A DNA stretch of 64,000 bases from an uncultured Clostridium sp. (GCF_900769625.1 NZ_CAAGHK010000087.1:82418-146417), one strand, 5' to 3'; numbered from the stretch's first letter, positions 42,852 through 54,070 are shown. Notes: generated by a model not told the origin, from the letters alone. Program-made: numbers and translations.

Positions 42852-42889
42852 TAAAAAATGGATATTGAATTTAAACTTCAACATCCATT
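42852..42889 (-). terminator. Terminator after nrdR
   Basis: aatggat(g/a)ttgaa stem with a T-run on the minus strand. Confidence 0.7.
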
Positions 42890-42909
42890 ACAATTTATTT
42901 TAGATAAAA

Positions 42910-43359
42910 TTATGTTATTAAATTCTTTATTTCCTCTAAGAATGTGTTTATATCCTTAAACTGTCTATATACTGATGCAAATCTTACATAAGATATTTCA
43001 TCTACTTCCTTAAGTTTTGCCATAACCATTTCTCCAATATCTTTAGATGGTATTTCTGTAAGCATACTATTAGATATTGTCTTTTCTATATCATACGCCA
43101 TGTCCTCAATTTGTTTTCTAGAAACAGGTCTTTTCTGACACGCAATTATCAAGCCATTAATTATTTTTTCTTTATTGAAGTTTTCTCTTGTAGAATCTTT
43201 CTTAATAACTAGAATAGGAAAATCTTCTATCTTTTCATATGTAGTGTATCTTTTATTACACTTTAGACATTCCCTTCTTCTTCTAATTGTAGAATTATCA
43301 TCAGTTGATCTTGAATCCACAACCTTACTTTCTTCAAAACCACAAAATGGACATTTCAT
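42910..43359 (-). CDS. nrdR: Transcriptional repressor NrdR
   Basis: MKCPFC..VVDSR..RRRREC..C; ATP cone YVRFASVYR. Confidence 0.97.
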   Translation of the reverse strand: MKCPFCGFEESKVVDSRSTDDNSTIRRRRECLKCNKRYTTYEKIEDFPILVIKKDSTRENFNKEKIINGLIIACQKRPVSRKQIEDMAYDIEKTISNSMLTEIPSKDIGEMVMAKLKEVDEISYVRFASVYRQFKDINTFLEEIKNLIT

Positions 43360-43431
43360 CTTCTTACTCACCTCACTGCTTTTCTCTAGTGTTTATAAAT
43401 ATTATACATACAATTTATTGATATTACCATA

Positions 43432-43689
43432 TTATTTTTCATTCAAATCCTGATTTACCTTAACTAATATAACATCAGTTCCGATTTTAACAATATCCTT
43501 CCATTTTACTTCAATACTATCGTCTTTTGAAAACCATGACTTTATTTCTCCTGGCAATATCAATGAAATTATTTTGTTTCTATCACAGTCAATCTTAAAA
43601 TCACTTATGTACCCAATTTTACTTCCTGTAATTATATCGATAACCTCCATGTTTCGCATTGCATTAAGTGAATGTAATTCTAATTCCAA
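43432..43689 (-). CDS. ylmC: YlmC/YmxH family PRC-barrel sporulation protein
   Basis: EVIDI.TG.KIG.I.D, W.DI.KIG.DVILV; TTG start after SD GGGGG. Confidence 0.85.
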   Translation of the reverse strand: MELELHSLNAMRNMEVIDIITGSKIGYISDFKIDCDRNKIISLILPGEIKSWFSKDDSIEVKWKDIVKIGTDVILVKVNQDLNEK

Positions 43690-43795
43690 CCGAATCCCCC
43701 CTGCTATATTCATACTATATTAATTATTAGATGCCTTATTAAAATTTACTTTTATATAATATATGTCTAATAATAAATATAAATCACAAGTTTAT

Positions 43796-43827
43796 AAAAA
43801 CTGGCATTAATAATAATACCAGTTTTT
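43796..43827 (-). terminator. Terminator after sigG
   Basis: aaaaactgg(c)atta / taat(a)ccagttttt. Confidence 0.7.
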
Positions 43828-44601
43828 TCATACGTGTTTACGCATATGTTTCAATGCAGTTTTTTCTAATCGTGAAACCTGAGCCTGTGAAATTCCTATT
43901 TCATCAGCTACTTCCATTTGTGTTCTTCCATTGAAAAACCTCAAATTTAAAATCAGCTTTTCACGATCTGTAAGCTTTTTCATAGCCTCTTTTATAGAAA
44001 TATTTTCAAGCCAATTCTCATCAGTATCCTTAGAATCACTGATTTGATCCATTACATATATTGCATCTCCTCCATCATGATAAATCGGTTCATATAAAGA
44101 TACTGGGTCCTGTATTGCATCCAGAGCAAACACTACTTCCTCTCTTGGTAATTCAAGCTCTTTTGCAATTTGTGAAATTGTTGGTTCTTTATTGTTGTCT
44201 TTAATAAATTTTTCACGTACAATTAATGCCTTATATGCAATATCTCGTAGTGATCTGCTCACTCTTATGGAATTATTGTCTCTTAAATATCGTCTTATCT
44301 CTCCTATAATCATCGGAACTGCATAAGTTGAGAATTTGACATTTTGTGATAAATCAAAATTATCAATTGATTTCATTAAACCTATACATCCAACCTGAAA
44401 CAAATCATCAATGTTTTCGCCTCTATTATTAAAACGCTGAATAACGCTCAATACTAATCTTAAATTTCCTTTTATGAATGTTTCTCTTGCACGTTTATCT
44501 CCAGCTTTCATTTGTAGAAGAAGTTGTTTTTTCTCTTTTTCTTTAAGTATTGGAAGTTTTGAAGTATTAACACCACATATTTCTACTTTATTAATTATCA
44601 T
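43828..44601 (-). CDS. sigG: Sporulation sigma factor G
   Basis: NKVEICGVNTSKLP N-terminus; DDLFQVGCIGL; ISQAQVSRLEK. Confidence 0.98.
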   Translation of the reverse strand: MIINKVEICGVNTSKLPILKEKEKKQLLLQMKAGDKRARETFIKGNLRLVLSVIQRFNNRGENIDDLFQVGCIGLMKSIDNFDLSQNVKFSTYAVPMIIGEIRRYLRDNNSIRVSRSLRDIAYKALIVREKFIKDNNKEPTISQIAKELELPREEVVFALDAIQDPVSLYEPIYHDGGDAIYVMDQISDSKDTDENWLENISIKEAMKKLTDREKLILNLRFFNGRTQMEVADEIGISQAQVSRLEKTALKHMRKHV

Positions 44602-44643
44602 AAGTATCAACCCCTTCGGAAGTAATAATCCATTGCATTAAAC

Positions 44644-44672
44644 ATTATTTCCGATAGGTGATACTTTTATAC
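44644..44672 (-). promoter_or_regulatory. Sigma-F/G type promoter of sigG
   Basis: GTATA-N15-GGAAATAAT. Confidence 0.7.
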
Positions 44673-44683
44673 TTACAGACAAC

Positions 44684-45391
44684 CTAAATCATTCTATTTA
44701 TTTCTTTTTTCAATCTTTTGATTATTTTTTTCTCTAACCTTGATATATATGACTGAGAGATACCAAGCATATCAGCAACTTCTTTCTGCGTCTTTTCTCT
44801 TGTGCCATTTAAGCCAAATCTTAAACGTACAATTTCTTTTTCTCTATCATTAAGACTTTTTAAAGCCATAAATAAAAGCTGTTTATCAACCTCATCTTCA
44901 ATAAGATTATATACTGTATCATTTTCAGTACCTAAAATATCTGAAAGCAGAAGTTCATTTCCATCCCAGTCAATATTAAGAGGTTCATAAAATGAAATTT
45001 CTGCCTTAACCTTGCTGTTCCTTCTTAAATACATTAATATTTCATTTTCAATACATCTGGATGCATATGTTGCCAGCTTTATTTTTTTTTCTGGATTAAA
45101 AGTATTTACTGCCTTTATCAAACCTATCGTTCCGACAGATATTAAGTCTTCAACATAAACACCTGTATTTTCAAATTTCCTTGCTATATATACTACAAGC
45201 CTTAAATTTCTTTCTATTAATGTACTTCTTATCTTTTCGTCACCATCATTTAATTTTTTTAATAAATTTTCTTCTTCATCTTTAGATAAAGGTGGTGGCA
45301 GTGCATCATTTCCTCCAACATAAAATAAATTTCTTCTAAATATCTTTAATCGGCTTAATAACTTATTTAAAAACAAAATCAATTTCTCCAT
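44684..45391 (-). CDS. sigE: Pro-sigma-E
   Basis: Pro-sequence, [23 protein letters not shown]; downstream of spoIIGA. Confidence 0.98.
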   Translation of the reverse strand: MEKLILFLNKLLSRLKIFRRNLFYVGGNDALPPPLSKDEEENLLKKLNDGDEKIRSTLIERNLRLVVYIARKFENTGVYVEDLISVGTIGLIKAVNTFNPEKKIKLATYASRCIENEILMYLRRNSKVKAEISFYEPLNIDWDGNELLLSDILGTENDTVYNLIEDEVDKQLLFMALKSLNDREKEIVRLRFGLNGTREKTQKEVADMLGISQSYISRLEKKIIKRLKKEINRMI

Positions 45392-45402
45392 ATATATCCT
45401 CC

Positions 45403-46206
45403 CTACAAAATCCCTCTTGATAACAAAGCATTAAACTCATTCTCTTTACTTAACTTTTCCATACAAGGACATACTATGGCATCAACTTGTCTATCCCACA
45501 AATCTCTACCTTTAATCTTGATGTTATTAATTTTTATTCCCTTTAATTTACCACCATATCCGATTGCGTTATAAGGTATCTCATATATATTTTTCTTATC
45601 AAAACTAATCCCTGAAAATAAATCTTCTTCTATCAGAATACAAGGGAGATTTGTAACCGGCTCTCTTAATTCATTACCCGTATCCAGAAAACTACGAAAA
45701 CTATAATTCCTGCCCCCTATTTCGAATTCTATAATGTAAATATAACTATTGACCGTTACTCGATCTTTTACATATTCAATTATTCTATCAGCAGACATAA
45801 AAATAATCATAAGTCCTAACAATATATATTTAATCGAATATCTTTCTATTTTATAAATTCCATCCAATATATAATAATTTTGTTTTAGCGAAAACAAAAA
45901 ACATATTCCACTCAATGTGAATGTGGTCAGTAAAAATACGATTAATGCTTTTAACATATTTATTAATGTAGTTTTTCCATAAACTATCCTTAACATTAAA
46001 TATGCTGTTAATATCTCAAATGGCAGAGAAGCCAAAAATCTTAATTTATCAAACAAAAGAACAAAACTATATATTCCTCCTATACAGCCTGCTATTGATA
46101 AATTCACAAATCTGCATTTATGCTTTAAGCATTTCATAGTCACGTTTAATAGAAATAAATTGACTATAAAATTTTCCATAAAAAATACATCTGCATAAAT
46201 AGTCAC
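45403..46206 (-). CDS. spoIIGA: Pro-sigma-E processing aspartic peptidase
   Basis: Multi-TM N-terminus; DTGNEL.EP motif. Confidence 0.93.
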   Translation of the reverse strand: MTIYADVFFMENFIVNLFLLNVTMKCLKHKCRFVNLSIAGCIGGIYSFVLLFDKLRFLASLPFEILTAYLMLRIVYGKTTLINMLKALIVFLLTTFTLSGICFLFSLKQNYYILDGIYKIERYSIKYILLGLMIIFMSADRIIEYVKDRVTVNSYIYIIEFEIGGRNYSFRSFLDTGNELREPVTNLPCILIEEDLFSGISFDKKNIYEIPYNAIGYGGKLKGIKINNIKIKGRDLWDRQVDAIVCPCMEKLSKENEFNALLSRGIL

Positions 46207-46233
46207 TTCAAGCCCTCCTATCTGCCTGAATTT

Positions 46234-46268
46234 ATTATAGACTCTTTTGATTTAAAAATTTGTCATAA
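46234..46268 (-). promoter_or_regulatory. Spo0A-activated-type spoIIG promoter
   Basis: TATAAT with an over-long (~21 bp) spacer to a TATGACA 0A-box-like -35 region, as known for spoIIG. Confidence 0.4.
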
Positions 46269-46411
46269 TCAGATGTAAAGATTTTATTTTTTATATTAAA
46301 CTTTTTACACATACTTACATTTAACTTTAATCTTTACTTTTTTCATTTTAAAATTGAACAAATTATAATATGCAAATTATTTTTTTATATCTAATTTTGA
46401 TAAAAATACAG

Positions 46412-46443
46412 AAAAAAAGATGTGAATATAATATTCACATCTT
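46412..46443 (-). terminator. Terminator after ftsZ
   Basis: aagatgtgaatat / atattcacatctt with T-run. Confidence 0.75.
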
Positions 46444-46456
46444 AATTAAATACAAC

Positions 46457-47593
46457 TTAGTGTTTTCTTTGTCTTCTTAAAAATACTGGTATATCTAAAT
46501 CATCTTGTTCGTAAGGATTTGAAACTGGTTCTGGTTCCCTTTCTGTAGAGGTAACAGCTGCTTCTTCTTTAGCAGTTTCTTGAAATCCTGGTTTTCTAAC
46601 TTCCTGAACTGAACCTGATGTTGTAGTACTTTGGTTAGTTTCACTTTCAAAACCAGTAGCGATAACTGTAATTCTTACTTCTTCTGAAAGAGTTTCATCA
46701 ATTACTGCTCCGACAATTATATTTGCATCTGGATCAACAGATTCACGGACAACATCCGCTGCATCATAAACTTCTAATGCTCCTAAGTCAGCACCACCAG
46801 TAAAGTTTATTATTACATCTGTAGCTCCATCAATAGAAGTTTCTAAAAGCGGTGATGATATTGCCTGCTTGACAGCATCCTGAGCTCTTGTATCGCCTTT
46901 ACCAAATCCAACTCCCATATGAGCTAATCCTTTATTAAGCATAACTGCTTTAATATCAGCAAAGTCAGCATTGATTACACCTGTGATAGTGATAAGGTCT
47001 GAAATTGCCTGAACACCCTGTCTTAAAACGTCATCTGCTAATTTAAAAGAATCAAGCAGTGTTGTCTTCTTATCTGCCATTGTAAGTAATCTTTCATTAG
47101 GAATAATTACTAAAGTATCAACTTTTTCCTTAAGGTTTTCTATTCCCATTTCAGCATGTCTCATTCTTCTTTTTCCTTCAAATGGGAATGGCTTTGTAAC
47201 TACACCTACAGTTAAAATATCCATAGACTTAGCTATTTCTGCAACAACAGGAGCAGCACCAGTACCTGTTCCACCACCCATTCCTGCTGTGATGAATACC
47301 ATATTTGCACCCTTTATAGCTGCAGTAATTTCTTCTCTGCTTTCTTCAGCAGCTTTCTTTCCAATTTCAGGATTTGCTCCAGCTCCTAGCCCTTTAGTAA
47401 GCTTTTCACCTATCTGAATCTTCTGATCTGCTTCTGAAAGTAATAATGCCTGTTTATCTGTATTTATAGCAATAAACTCTACATTTTTAAGTCCTTCAAC
47501 TATCATTCTATTAACAGCATTGCTTCCGCCGCCACCGCAGCCAATTACTTTTATGTTGGTTAATTCTTGCATATCTGCTTCAAAATCTAACAA
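46457..47593 (-). CDS. ftsZ: Cell division protein FtsZ
   Basis: [23 protein letters not shown]-terminal DIPVFLR. Confidence 0.99.
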   Translation of the reverse strand: MLDFEADMQELTNIKVIGCGGGGSNAVNRMIVEGLKNVEFIAINTDKQALLLSEADQKIQIGEKLTKGLGAGANPEIGKKAAEESREEITAAIKGANMVFITAGMGGGTGTGAAPVVAEIAKSMDILTVGVVTKPFPFEGKRRMRHAEMGIENLKEKVDTLVIIPNERLLTMADKKTTLLDSFKLADDVLRQGVQAISDLITITGVINADFADIKAVMLNKGLAHMGVGFGKGDTRAQDAVKQAISSPLLETSIDGATDVIINFTGGADLGALEVYDAADVVRESVDPDANIIVGAVIDETLSEEVRITVIATGFESETNQSTTTSGSVQEVRKPGFQETAKEEAAVTSTEREPEPVSNPYEQDDLDIPVFLRRQRKH

Positions 47594-47607
47594 AACAATT
47601 CCTCCCT

Positions 47608-48873
47608 TTAGAAAATCTTATTAAAGAAACTTTTCAATTTATTTAATATGTGACTTTCATCTTCATTATTGTGTAAAATTTCTGTGTCTTCATCCACTAT
47701 TGGTTTTTCTTCTTGTTTATTATTTGGCATTATCTTATTATCCCCTAATAAGATTAATCTATCATACACTTCTTTAACTAAAGCTAATGAAGTTATATTT
47801 TCCGAATTCTTTATTCCCAAATCAACATCTTTTACTATTTTTATTTTAATTTTAAAGATTTTTCTAACAATTTCAGATATATCTTCAAAATAGCTTAATG
47901 CATCTCCATATAAAATTATACTACAAATTCTATCATAATGACCAGTCTTTTTTAACTCTATATGGATATGATTTAATATTTCCTCAATTCTTGCATTTGT
48001 AACTTCATAGAATAGTTCTTTTGATACCTTTACTGTACCAACTTCAATTTCATCTGGAATAGAATTGTCTTTATATAAAGTCTTATAATTACTAGAATAA
48101 ATTTTCTTAATATTATCAGCTTCTAAAAATGAAAATTCTCCGCAAATAGCCATATCATTTGAAATATTATTTCCTCCAACTGGTATGCTGCTCATACATT
48201 TTAAAATAGACGCATTATCAAATACTGCAAGATCGATTTCTCCTGCACCTATATCTACAAGTACAGTTTCTCCATCATATTTTTTCTCATTTAAAAATAT
48301 CTGTTTTCCTGTAACGATATTACTCTTTATATCTGATAGAACATACTTAGTATCTTTAAAAAGTTCATAATATTTATTTATTTCCTTTTTATTTCCTATA
48401 ATGAGAGTAAGATTCATTTCTAAACTATCAGCTTTACAATTAAGTATATCTTTGTATACCACCTGATTGTTAATTATATAAAAATTTATTATTTCATCAA
48501 TAATAGTCTCTTCACTGCTAAGTGCAAAATTATTTTTAGCTTTGTTTAATCCATAACTTAGTGATTCCTTAGTAACTTTTCCATCCTTCAAATCAATCTT
48601 GACTGTTGTTTCAGTGATTCTCAATTCTCTGGATGAAATTCCGACTGTTATATTTTTAATATCCCTTTTAGTTTTTTCTTCTAATTCTTTTAGTAGTTTT
48701 TCCAATGCTTCTCTGCATTTTACAATATCTGTAATAATGCCTTTTTCTATGCCTGATGATTTACTGCTTTTTGTATATAATATCTCTAATTCATCATTTT
48801 TATCTTTTACTGCAATAGTTGCAGATAATTTTTTACTTCCTAAATCTATAGCTGTTATTATCTCTTGTAACAT
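47608..48873 (-). CDS. ftsA: Cell division protein FtsA (divergent)
   Basis: DLGSKK, VDIGAG, GG..ISND, ARIEEI, C-terminal amphipathic helix; directly upstream of ftsZ. Confidence 0.88.
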   Translation of the reverse strand: MLQEIITAIDLGSKKLSATIAVKDKNDELEILYTKSSKSSGIEKGIITDIVKCREALEKLLKELEEKTKRDIKNITVGISSRELRITETTVKIDLKDGKVTKESLSYGLNKAKNNFALSSEETIIDEIINFYIINNQVVYKDILNCKADSLEMNLTLIIGNKKEINKYYELFKDTKYVLSDIKSNIVTGKQIFLNEKKYDGETVLVDIGAGEIDLAVFDNASILKCMSSIPVGGNNISNDMAICGEFSFLEADNIKKIYSSNYKTLYKDNSIPDEIEVGTVKVSKELFYEVTNARIEEILNHIHIELKKTGHYDRICSIILYGDALSYFEDISEIVRKIFKIKIKIVKDVDLGIKNSENITSLALVKEVYDRLILLGDNKIMPNNKQEEKPIVDEDTEILHNNEDESHILNKLKSFFNKIF

Positions 48874-48924
48874 GACTAGTTCTTTCCCTTCTTTACAGAA
48901 AAAATCAAATCTCTAAAAAAGTAT

Positions 48925-48951
48925 ATTCAACATATTATCAAAAAATCCTCT
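48925..48951 (-). promoter_or_regulatory. Sigma-H-type promoter of ftsAZ
   Basis: AGAGGATTT...GTTGAAT (AGGA-N17-GAAT). Confidence 0.6.
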
Positions 48952-49110
48952 AAAATATATGTTAAAATTTTATTTTTTATTAGTTCTATACTTTTATCTC
49001 CATTTTTCGATTAATTTTACTTCAAATATTATCTAAACCCAAACATATTATAAAATTAGTAAACACAAATTTCAAGTCAATAAAAACTTCCAAATATTCA
49101 TATAAAATTA

Positions 49111-50142
49111 TTATCTATTGCTTCTTACCCATCTTTCATACTCTTGTCTGGAAATAACATTGCTGTTAACAAGTTTTCTTAAATCAGTATCTATTGTCTG
49201 CATTCCAAATTTAGCTCCTATCTGAATAAAGCTGTTTATCTGCTCATAGCTTCCTTCCCTGATAAGATTTTTTATACTTGGTGTACAGACCATTATTTCC
49301 ATTGCTGCTGTTCTTCCTTTTCCAGAAGCCCTTGGAAGAAGAACTTGTGAAACAACACCTCTCAGCAACGATGATAACTGTATTTTAACTTCATTCTGAT
49401 GACCTGATTCAAATGAATTAATAATTCTATAAATACTATTGGCAGCTCCCATATTATGAAGTGTTGAAAATACCAGATGTCCTGTCTGTGCTGCTCTTAA
49501 GGCAATTTCAATTGTCTCAGGATCTCTCATTTCTCCTACCAGAATAACATCTGGGTCCTGCCTTAAGGCCGCTTTAAGTCCCATGGCATAACTTTGAGTA
49601 TCTTCTCCTACTTCTCTCTGATTGACCATTGATTTTTTTGTTTCATATATATATTCGATTGGCTCCTCTAAAGTGATAATATGTTTTTCCTTTGTAAGAT
49701 TGATTTCATTAAGCATTGCTGCAAGCGTAGTACTTTTACCAGATCCAGTAGGACCTGTTACTAATACTAGTCCATCCTTTAATTCTGTAAATTCTCTTAA
49801 TGCTCTTGCATCTGAAATATCACTAAGCTTAGGTATATTTTCCTTAATAACCCTCATACAGATTGCATATGCACCTTTACACTTGAATGCATTAACTCTG
49901 AAATTGCTTAACCCTGGTCTATTATATTTAAAGTCAATTTCACCATTCTTTAAAAACTCTTCGAATTTACTTGGCATCATATCTTTAATATATTCCTCAA
50001 CAACTTCATGAGGAATAGGATCTTCATATGCATTTAAAAGATTTCCATCAATTCTGACCATTGGTGTCAACCCTGATGTAATATGAATATCTGATACCCT
50101 GCTTATATCCATATTATCTAACAATTTATCAATCTTAGCCAT
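49111..50142 (-). CDS. pilT: PilT-family type IV pilus retraction ATPase
   Basis: SDIHI, GPTGSGKSTT, TLEEPIE, ALRQDPDVILVGEMRD, TGHLVFSTLH, IKNLIRE. Confidence 0.92.
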   Translation of the reverse strand: MAKIDKLLDNMDISRVSDIHITSGLTPMVRIDGNLLNAYEDPIPHEVVEEYIKDMMPSKFEEFLKNGEIDFKYNRPGLSNFRVNAFKCKGAYAICMRVIKENIPKLSDISDARALREFTELKDGLVLVTGPTGSGKSTTLAAMLNEINLTKEKHIITLEEPIEYIYETKKSMVNQREVGEDTQSYAMGLKAALRQDPDVILVGEMRDPETIEIALRAAQTGHLVFSTLHNMGAANSIYRIINSFESGHQNEVKIQLSSLLRGVVSQVLLPRASGKGRTAAMEIMVCTPSIKNLIREGSYEQINSFIQIGAKFGMQTIDTDLRKLVNSNVISRQEYERWVRSNR

Positions 50143-50193
50143 AATACCCCTCCATATACCCTATAAAATAAACTTTCTTTACTTTTAAAATTA

Positions 50194-50233
50194 AAAATAA
50201 TAAGAGTACTATTATAAAAATAGCACTCTTATT
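50194..50233 (-). terminator. Terminator after sigK
   Basis: aataagagt(a)ctatt / aatag(c)actcttatt with downstream T-rich run. Confidence 0.65.
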
Positions 50234-50304
50234 CCAGATATGTCAATATTTATAAGTTGTATTGATATTTTAAATTTCATATATCTTTAAATACCAATAA
50301 GTAA

Positions 50305-51003
50305 TTATTTTTTTGAATATAGTTCCTTTTTTAATTTCTTTAATGCTTTTTTCTTTATTCTTGATACATATGAACGGGATATTCCAAGACTTGAGGCTAT
50401 CTCTCTTTGAGTTTTGCATTTTCCATCAATAAGACCATATCTCATTATTAATATTGAACTTTCCCTGCTCGTTAATGATTCCCCAAGTTTTTTATATAAA
50501 GCTCTCACCTGCAGATTGCTTTCTACTTTATCTAACACGCAGTCCTTTTCACTACTCAATATATCCATAAGGCAGAATTCATTGCCTTCTTTATCAACTC
50601 CAATAGGGTCTTGGAGATAAACTTCACTTTTTTGTTTTTTATTATTTCTAAAGAGCATTAAAATTTCATTTTCTATACATCTTGAAGCATAAGTAGCAAG
50701 TCTGGTACCCTTACTAGAATCAAAAGAATCAATTGCTTTTATAAGCCCCACTGTTCCAATAGAAATTAGTTCGTCAACATCTTTATTTGGAAATGAATAT
50801 TTTTTAACAATATGAGCTACTAATCTTAAGTTTCTTTCTATAAGTATACTTTTTGCATTCTTATCTCCTTCTCTAAGCTTCTTCAGATACATCTGTTCTT
50901 CTTCTTCGTCTAATGGCAGCGGAAAAGTATTGTTATTGGTTATATATCCTGTTAAAAAAAAGGAATTGCATACAAGCTCAAATAAGCTATTTAATATAAA
51001 CAC
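50305..51003 (-). CDS. sigK: Pro-sigma-K (uninterrupted, no skin element)
   Basis: FPLPL, NLRLVAHIVKKY, PIGVDKEGNE, ISRSYVSRI. Confidence 0.96.
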   Translation of the reverse strand: MFILNSLFELVCNSFFLTGYITNNNTFPLPLDEEEEQMYLKKLREGDKNAKSILIERNLRLVAHIVKKYSFPNKDVDELISIGTVGLIKAIDSFDSSKGTRLATYASRCIENEILMLFRNNKKQKSEVYLQDPIGVDKEGNEFCLMDILSSEKDCVLDKVESNLQVRALYKKLGESLTSRESSILIMRYGLIDGKCKTQREIASSLGISRSYVSRIKKKALKKLKKELYSKK

Positions 51004-51032
51004 CTTTTTCCTCCATAACAGTGCTTCATATT

Positions 51033-51058
51033 ATAGTATGTTTTCCTTTATCAAAAGT
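51033..51058 (-). promoter_or_regulatory. Sigma-E/K-type promoter of sigK
   Basis: AC-N16-CATACTAT. Confidence 0.55.
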
Positions 51059-51075
51059 TGCTTATACATTTCATT

Positions 51076-52737
51076 TTATTTACTGCATAATTTTTCTACA
51101 ATATTCTTAAAAATTGGAGCGGCTGTATCTCCCCCTCCAGCATCATTATTATTTACATCTTTTATACTTTCAATATCTGGTGTAAAAACAACCATCGTAT
51201 ATTTCTTATCATCTTTTATGAAATATCCAATAAACCATCCATGTGTCTTTCCATTGCTGCCAGTGGCAGAACCTGTTTTTCCTCCAATAGTCATTCCTTC
51301 AATATATGCTTTTTTACCTGTTCCATTCTTTACAACCATCTTCATTGAGTTTTGAACAATTTTTGCACTTGTCTCACTATACACCTTTTTCTCTTCGCCT
51401 TTAAATTCTTTGACTACTTTATCATTTTTATCTAAAATAGCCTCAACAACATATGGTTTTTCATATATTCCATCATTTACTATTGTATTTATAGCTCCGA
51501 GCATCTGCAGCGGTGTTACATTCATACACTGACCAATTGAAATATTATTTATTCCAGCCTCTTCATCCGGCATTACTCCAGCTGCCTCATTCCTGTTAAC
51601 ACCAGAAAAATTCAGAACACGATTATATAATCCCTGTGCTTTTGAATATTCCATCAATTTATCATATCCAAGCTTTGATCCTATTTGTGCAAAAACATCA
51701 TTACATGAAATCTCAAAAGCTTTCTCAACAGTAATTTTCCCATGAGATGTCTTACATATATCACCTCTGCATGTATACATATCATTTACATTGATAAGTC
51801 CGCTGTCTAATGCAGAACTTAATGTGATTATCTTATATATGGAACCTGGCTCATATCCCATCTGTTCTATCCCCAGATTAATGTTTGCTTCACTTTCATC
51901 CTTTTGTACCATACATTTTATTTTGCCCGTATCACTTTCCATTATAACTACACCTATATTATTAAGATAGTCGTAATCATCACTTTCCAGAATATCCTCA
52001 ACTTCTTCTTGTATATCCTTATCAATAGTAAGTCTTAAATTTCTATTCTGGTCTGAAATATTTAATGACTGTTTTGAATATACCGCCTTATCATCTAAAT
52101 AAAATTCTTCCTTAGGAGTTTCATTATCTTTAAGGTAATCATATAATTCACCTTCAAGCGTTCCATCCTCAAGATTTCCTTCAGATATTCTGCTCAGCAT
52201 ATTGCCGATACTCCATGCTTTTTTTATATCAACAGTATCAGTAATATAAGTATATATTCCTTTGATGTTCTTAAGCTTATTTACTTTATTATAGGTATAT
52301 TTTGATATTTCATAATATACCTTTCCACTCTGTTTCATAATTTCTGAATAATTAAACTTGGGATCATCAGATTTCATTATAAAATTCAAAGTCATAAGAT
52401 CTTCAAGAGTTTCTTCATAATTATTTAATGTAAAAGGTTTTACATCAATAACAAGAACATATTTTTTATCATATTTCATCATATCTCTGCCATTAGTATC
52501 TAATATCATATAACTCATATTTGTAATATTTTCTTCCTGATGATTCTTATAAGCGCTTTCAACTTTTTCTGATGGATAAACCTGCAGCATATATATTCTT
52601 ACACTTAATAGTATAAGCACAGTAAACAGCAATGCTGTGACATACAATATTCTTTGTTTGTTATATAATTTATCAATAAAAATAAAAAGCACCTCCCTCC
52701 AGTTAGATTCTAACCTAAGAAGATACTTTTTATTCAT
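51076..52737 (-). CDS. Class B penicillin-binding protein (PbpI/YrrR-like); start uncertain
   Basis: N-terminal TM; SIYK (SxxK), SCN (SxN), KTG motifs. Confidence 0.88.
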   Translation of the reverse strand: MNKKYLLRLESNWREVLFIFIDKLYNKQRILYVTALLFTVLILLSVRIYMLQVYPSEKVESAYKNHQEENITNMSYMILDTNGRDMMKYDKKYVLVIDVKPFTLNNYEETLEDLMTLNFIMKSDDPKFNYSEIMKQSGKVYYEISKYTYNKVNKLKNIKGIYTYITDTVDIKKAWSIGNMLSRISEGNLEDGTLEGELYDYLKDNETPKEEFYLDDKAVYSKQSLNISDQNRNLRLTIDKDIQEEVEDILESDDYDYLNNIGVVIMESDTGKIKCMVQKDESEANINLGIEQMGYEPGSIYKIITLSSALDSGLINVNDMYTCRGDICKTSHGKITVEKAFEISCNDVFAQIGSKLGYDKLMEYSKAQGLYNRVLNFSGVNRNEAAGVMPDEEAGINNISIGQCMNVTPLQMLGAINTIVNDGIYEKPYVVEAILDKNDKVVKEFKGEEKKVYSETSAKIVQNSMKMVVKNGTGKKAYIEGMTIGGKTGSATGSNGKTHGWFIGYFIKDDKKYTMVVFTPDIESIKDVNNNDAGGGDTAAPIFKNIVEKLCSK

Positions 52738-52823
52738 TTATATCCTTTTATTTTATTAAATTCATAATTTATTCTAATCTCTGAATATAACTAATCAAAG
52801 TAGATAATTATTATGTAATTTTA

Positions 52824-54062
52824 TTATAAAGAATAAGTCTTATTTCCTTTTACAAGCATATCATTTTTCTGAAGTGGCTGATCCACTTTTACTGTAAATA
52901 TCATATGTGCTCTGTTTGCTACATCTGTGCTGCATTTCTTACTTACATCATACATTTCAGTCATCTTAACATTGAAATATGGAGTATGTGCTCTTAACAC
53001 TTCAACTTCTGTGTTGTCAAATACTCTATTCTTTTGTAATATTGTTGCTGTCTTAGTTTCTGGATCATATTCCTTAACCATACCTACGATTTCATAGTCA
53101 CGGATATATGACTGGTCTTCGTAATTCTGTTCACCATTTCTTCCTAAGAAGAATCCAGTGTGATATTGTCTATGGCTTACTTTATTTAATATATCCATCC
53201 ATTCTTCTTTGAATTCATATCCTTCTGGATTATCATAATATGCATCTAAAGCTTCTCTGTAAGCCTTAACTGCCGATGCAACATAGAATTCACTCTTCAT
53301 TCTTCCTTCAATCTTCAGCGAATCTATACCAGCATCTACAAGCTCAGGAATATAATGAATCATACATAAATCCTTTGAATTCATTATATATGTGCCATTA
53401 TCATCTTCAATGACAGGATAATATTCACCTGGTCTTGTTTCTTCTACAAGATGATATTTATATCTGCATGCATTAGAACAGATTCCCTTATTGGCATCTC
53501 TTCCAAGCATATAATTTGAAATTAAGCATCTTCCTGAATATGCAATACACATTGATCCGTGAACGAAACTTTCGATTTCACAGTCTTCTGGAATATTTTC
53601 AGTTATTGTCTTTATTTCTCTGAATGTTAATTCTCTTGCAAGAACTATTCTCTTAACTCCAAGATCATACCAGAATTTCGTTGCTACCCAGTTTACTGTA
53701 TTAGCCTGAGTGCTTAAATGTATTTCTAATTCTGGAGCTACTTCTTTTGCAATTGCAATTAATGATGGATCGGCAATAAGTACAGCATCTACACCTATAT
53801 CATATAATCCTTTGATATATTCTCCCGCACCTTTTAAATCGTAGTTTCTTGCAAATACATTTAAAGTAACATATACTTTCTTTCCTCTGTCGTGGCAGTA
53901 TTTTATTCCTTCAATCATTTCCTCATTAGTAAAGTTATTTGAAAATGCTCTTAAGTTAAGCTTTCCTCCACCTAAATATACTGCATCTGCGCCAAAATCT
54001 ATTGCAATCTTTAATTTTTCTAAATTACCTGCTGGTGCTAAAATTTCTGGTTTCTTTCTCAT
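52824..54062 (-). CDS. trhP: U32-family protein, tRNA hydroxylation (TrhP/YrrO-like)
   Basis: ELLAPAG-like PEILAPAG, GADAVYLGG, HLSTQAN, HGSMCIAYSGRC, KIEGRMKS. Confidence 0.88.
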   Translation of the reverse strand: MRKKPEILAPAGNLEKLKIAIDFGADAVYLGGGKLNLRAFSNNFTNEEMIEGIKYCHDRGKKVYVTLNVFARNYDLKGAGEYIKGLYDIGVDAVLIADPSLIAIAKEVAPELEIHLSTQANTVNWVATKFWYDLGVKRIVLARELTFREIKTITENIPEDCEIESFVHGSMCIAYSGRCLISNYMLGRDANKGICSNACRYKYHLVEETRPGEYYPVIEDDNGTYIMNSKDLCMIHYIPELVDAGIDSLKIEGRMKSEFYVASAVKAYREALDAYYDNPEGYEFKEEWMDILNKVSHRQYHTGFFLGRNGEQNYEDQSYIRDYEIVGMVKEYDPETKTATILQKNRVFDNTEVEVLRAHTPYFNVKMTEMYDVSKKCSTDVANRAHMIFTVKVDQPLQKNDMLVKGNKTYSL

Positions 54063-54070
54063 ATGTTTGT

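Noticed and set aside
50305..51003. skin-like excision element in sigK
   Set aside because: ORF is continuous and full length; no recombinase nearby
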